Source of the DNA: Adineta vaga
Taxonomy: Eukaryota; Animalia; Rotifera
Direction of reading: 5' to 3'
Length of the DNA: 64,000 nt
Assembly: GCA_021613535.1 (NCBI GenBank)
Contig: CP075497.1
Coordinates: 9,052,001 to 9,116,000, forward strand
The stretch's first letter is position 1. Each line of letters begins with the position of its first letter. Positions 61,650 to 64,000 of the stretch are shown here, piece by piece. The translations under genes were made by a program, and so were the position numbers. The notes below the pieces were generated by a model. That model was given only the letters and a program-made list of their open reading frames with translations. It made no database searches and was not told where the DNA came from.

Positions 61650-64000
61650 ATGCAATTTTATGTCGCATTGGACATTCTTCATGGAGTCGAATAAATTCGC
61701 TTAACCTATCGTTAAAACGTACACAAAGCACAATTTCATCATGTGAATATTAATATCAATATATATTTGTTTCAATCTTTGTATATTTGATCTTTTCTAG
61801 TATTAAATAAAAATGGACTAATCAATCCGAAAAAATCTATTATTGCATCACGAAGTGATATCAAAAATGCTCGTCGTATTATTGTTAAACTTGGTACTGC
61901 GTTAATAACACGTGAAAATGAAGATGGTCTAGCAATTGGTCGTTTAGCATCAACAGTTGAACAAGTTTCACAATTACAAAATGAAGGTCGACAAATTTTA
62001 TTAGTTACTAGTGGAGCTGTAGCATTTGGTCGACAAGTTCTACGTCAAGAAGCAATGATGACAATGACAATGAGAAAATCTCTTTCACCAAAAGATATTT
62101 TAGAAAATAGTCGATTAGCGATACAAAGACAAGCATGTGCTGCTTTTGGACAAAAAGGTCTTATGTCATTTTATGAACGAATGTTTCAACAATATAATAT
62201 TGGTGTTGCACAAGTACTTGTGACAAAGAGTAATTTCTATAATGCAAATAGTCGAAAAAATCTACAAGCTACTTTGGATGAATTACTTAACTTAAATATC
62301 ATTCCTATTTTAAATACAAACGATGCTGTTGCACCATTTACAGATACAGATGCTGAATTAACAGCCGCTAAAGATGGAATTGTTGTAAATGATAATGATT
62401 CATTAGCTGCACGGTTAGGAGTGTTAATATCAGCAGATTTATTATTGATCATGAGTGATGTCAATGGTGTATATACTGGACCACCAGGATTAGAAGGTTC
62501 AAGATTATTGCATACATTTTGTCCAAAACAAGATTCACAAAAGATTGCATTTGGTGCTGGATCAAAAGTGGGCACAGGTGGAATGGAATCCAAAGTATAT
62601 TGAAATATCTTCTCTTTTATATTGTCTAAGAGCAAGTTTTTTTTTAGATTAAATGTGCATCATGGGCATTGGATCATAATGTTGGTGTTGTCATCAGTAA
62701 TGGACAAATCGATAAAGGAATTTTAAATATTATGGATGGAAAACAAATTGGAACATTTTTTACAAAAGTTCCAAATCAATCAATGCCAGTTGATGTTCAA
62801 GCGGTCAAAGGTATGATTAAAATTTTCTATAGGACAATATCTAATTATTTTATCGAAAAAAAATAAAACCTATTGTAGCTCGCGATGGTAGTCGACAATT
62901 ACAAAAACTTTCAAGTGATGAACGTAAATCAATCATTGATAAAATGGCATCAAATTTAATTGATTATTCGAACGATATTCTTCAAGCAAATAAACTTGAT
63001 TTAGATCAAGCAACAAAAAATGGTCTGAAATTATATTCAATCTCTTCATTTTACTACATGAATCTATCTTTCTAGGTCTTAAACCATCATTAATTGCTCG
63101 CCTTGGTTTATCCGAAAAGAAATTACAAACTCTATCCAATGGTCTTCAGCAAATCGCTGAAAAAGCTGATGTACTTAGTTCGTTTTCTATACAAAATATT
63201 CTTCTCCTTATCAATCTATTTTATTTTCGTGATATAGGACAAGTTGTTCGTCGCACACGCCTTGCAGATGGTTTAACATTGAAACAAATTACTACACCGA
63301 TTGGTGTTCTTCTGGTTATATTCGAATCACGTCCAGATAGTTTACCACAAATAGCTGCTCTTTCCATCTGTTCTGGTAATGGTCTTTTATTAAAAGGTGG
63401 TTCTGAAGCAAAATATTCCAATGAAATTTTAACAAAATTGATGCAAGATGCACTTGAACCGTATGCTCCACGTGAAACTATTTCTTTAGTAAGAAACTCA
63501 TTCCTACTCATTAGATTTCCTAATCTTTCTTTTCTTTTCATTGAAGATCAATACACGTGAACAAGTTTCAAATCTTCTTCAATTAGGAAAATATATCGAT
63601 TTAGTTATTCCACGTGGCTCAAATGATCTTGTACAATCTGTACAAAAACAAAGTTTACAAATTCCTGTTCTAGGTCACGCAGAAGGTATTTGTCATGTAT
63701 ACGTGGATAGAGATGCAGATTTAGATATGGCATTACGTATTAGTAAGATTTAAAAAGAAGATAATTATCATTTTTGTTTCTTTTCTTATCAACTTTATTA
63801 GTTCGAGATTCTAAGTGCGATTATCCAAGTGCTTGTAATGCTATGGAAACATTACTTATTCACAAGGATCTTGTTCGAACACCCTTTTTTGAATCATTAA
63901 TTGATCTATTACGTCTTGAAAAGGTATGGATAATTATTCTTTTTTTGTTCTTTAGTTAACTATCTGCAAGACAGATAAAGATTTAGGTTGTGTCTCTCCA
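61650..64000 (+). CDS. ALDH18A1: Delta-1-pyrroline-5-carboxylate synthase (bifunctional GK/GPR), 3' end outside window
   Basis: [106 protein letters not shown]; exon 1 61650-61718 needs +1 nt after the ATG. Confidence 0.96.

Noticed and set aside
1-64000. CRISPR arrays, rRNA, tRNA, intact transposase or reverse transcriptase
   Set aside because: None recognised; the window is eukaryotic and the only long repeats are coding repeats and microsatellites

Overview
This is AT-rich (roughly 30% GC by eye), gene-dense eukaryotic DNA with many short (~50-70 nt) GT-AG introns. It carries metazoan genes (innexin, ARID3/dead ringer, FBXO25/32, neuronal calcium sensor, LRCH) alongside intron-containing genes of bacterial or non-metazoan type, which best fits a bdelloid rotifer (inference). 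About 22 protein genes can be reconstructed: a repeat-rich SAP-domain protein (5' truncated), POMP, IFRD1, calcyphosin-like, an ALMS-motif protein, a 3xLIM protein, ABHD14, FBXO25/32, an unknown protein, a secreted bacterial-type Amidase_2, an AmtB/MEP-type ammonium transporter, an Mx-like dynamin, ARID3, CK1, NCLX, NCS, APEX1, LRCH, a signal-peptide divergent kinase, TMEM272-like, innexin and P5CS (3' truncated). There is also a divergent presenilin-like locus and two pseudogene remnants. Most notable: (1) POMP and IFRD1 lie 124 nt apart and appear to share a leader (alternative acceptor or operon/trans-splicing), and IFRD1 is preceded by two 4-codon uORFs chained by TAATG stop-start overlaps; (2) an intronic box H/ACA snoRNA in NCLX whose pocket matches the 18S site equivalent to yeast Psi1290/human Psi1347, plus weaker candidates in LRCH introns; (3) a likely horizontally acquired amidase with a decayed tandem paralog, next to Amt and an Mx-like GTPase; (4) an apparently secreted kinase with a truncated C-lobe; (5) three otherwise intact genes each lack one base in a short homopolymer, suggesting assembly indel errors. 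All gene models were hand-assembled and no database searches were run.
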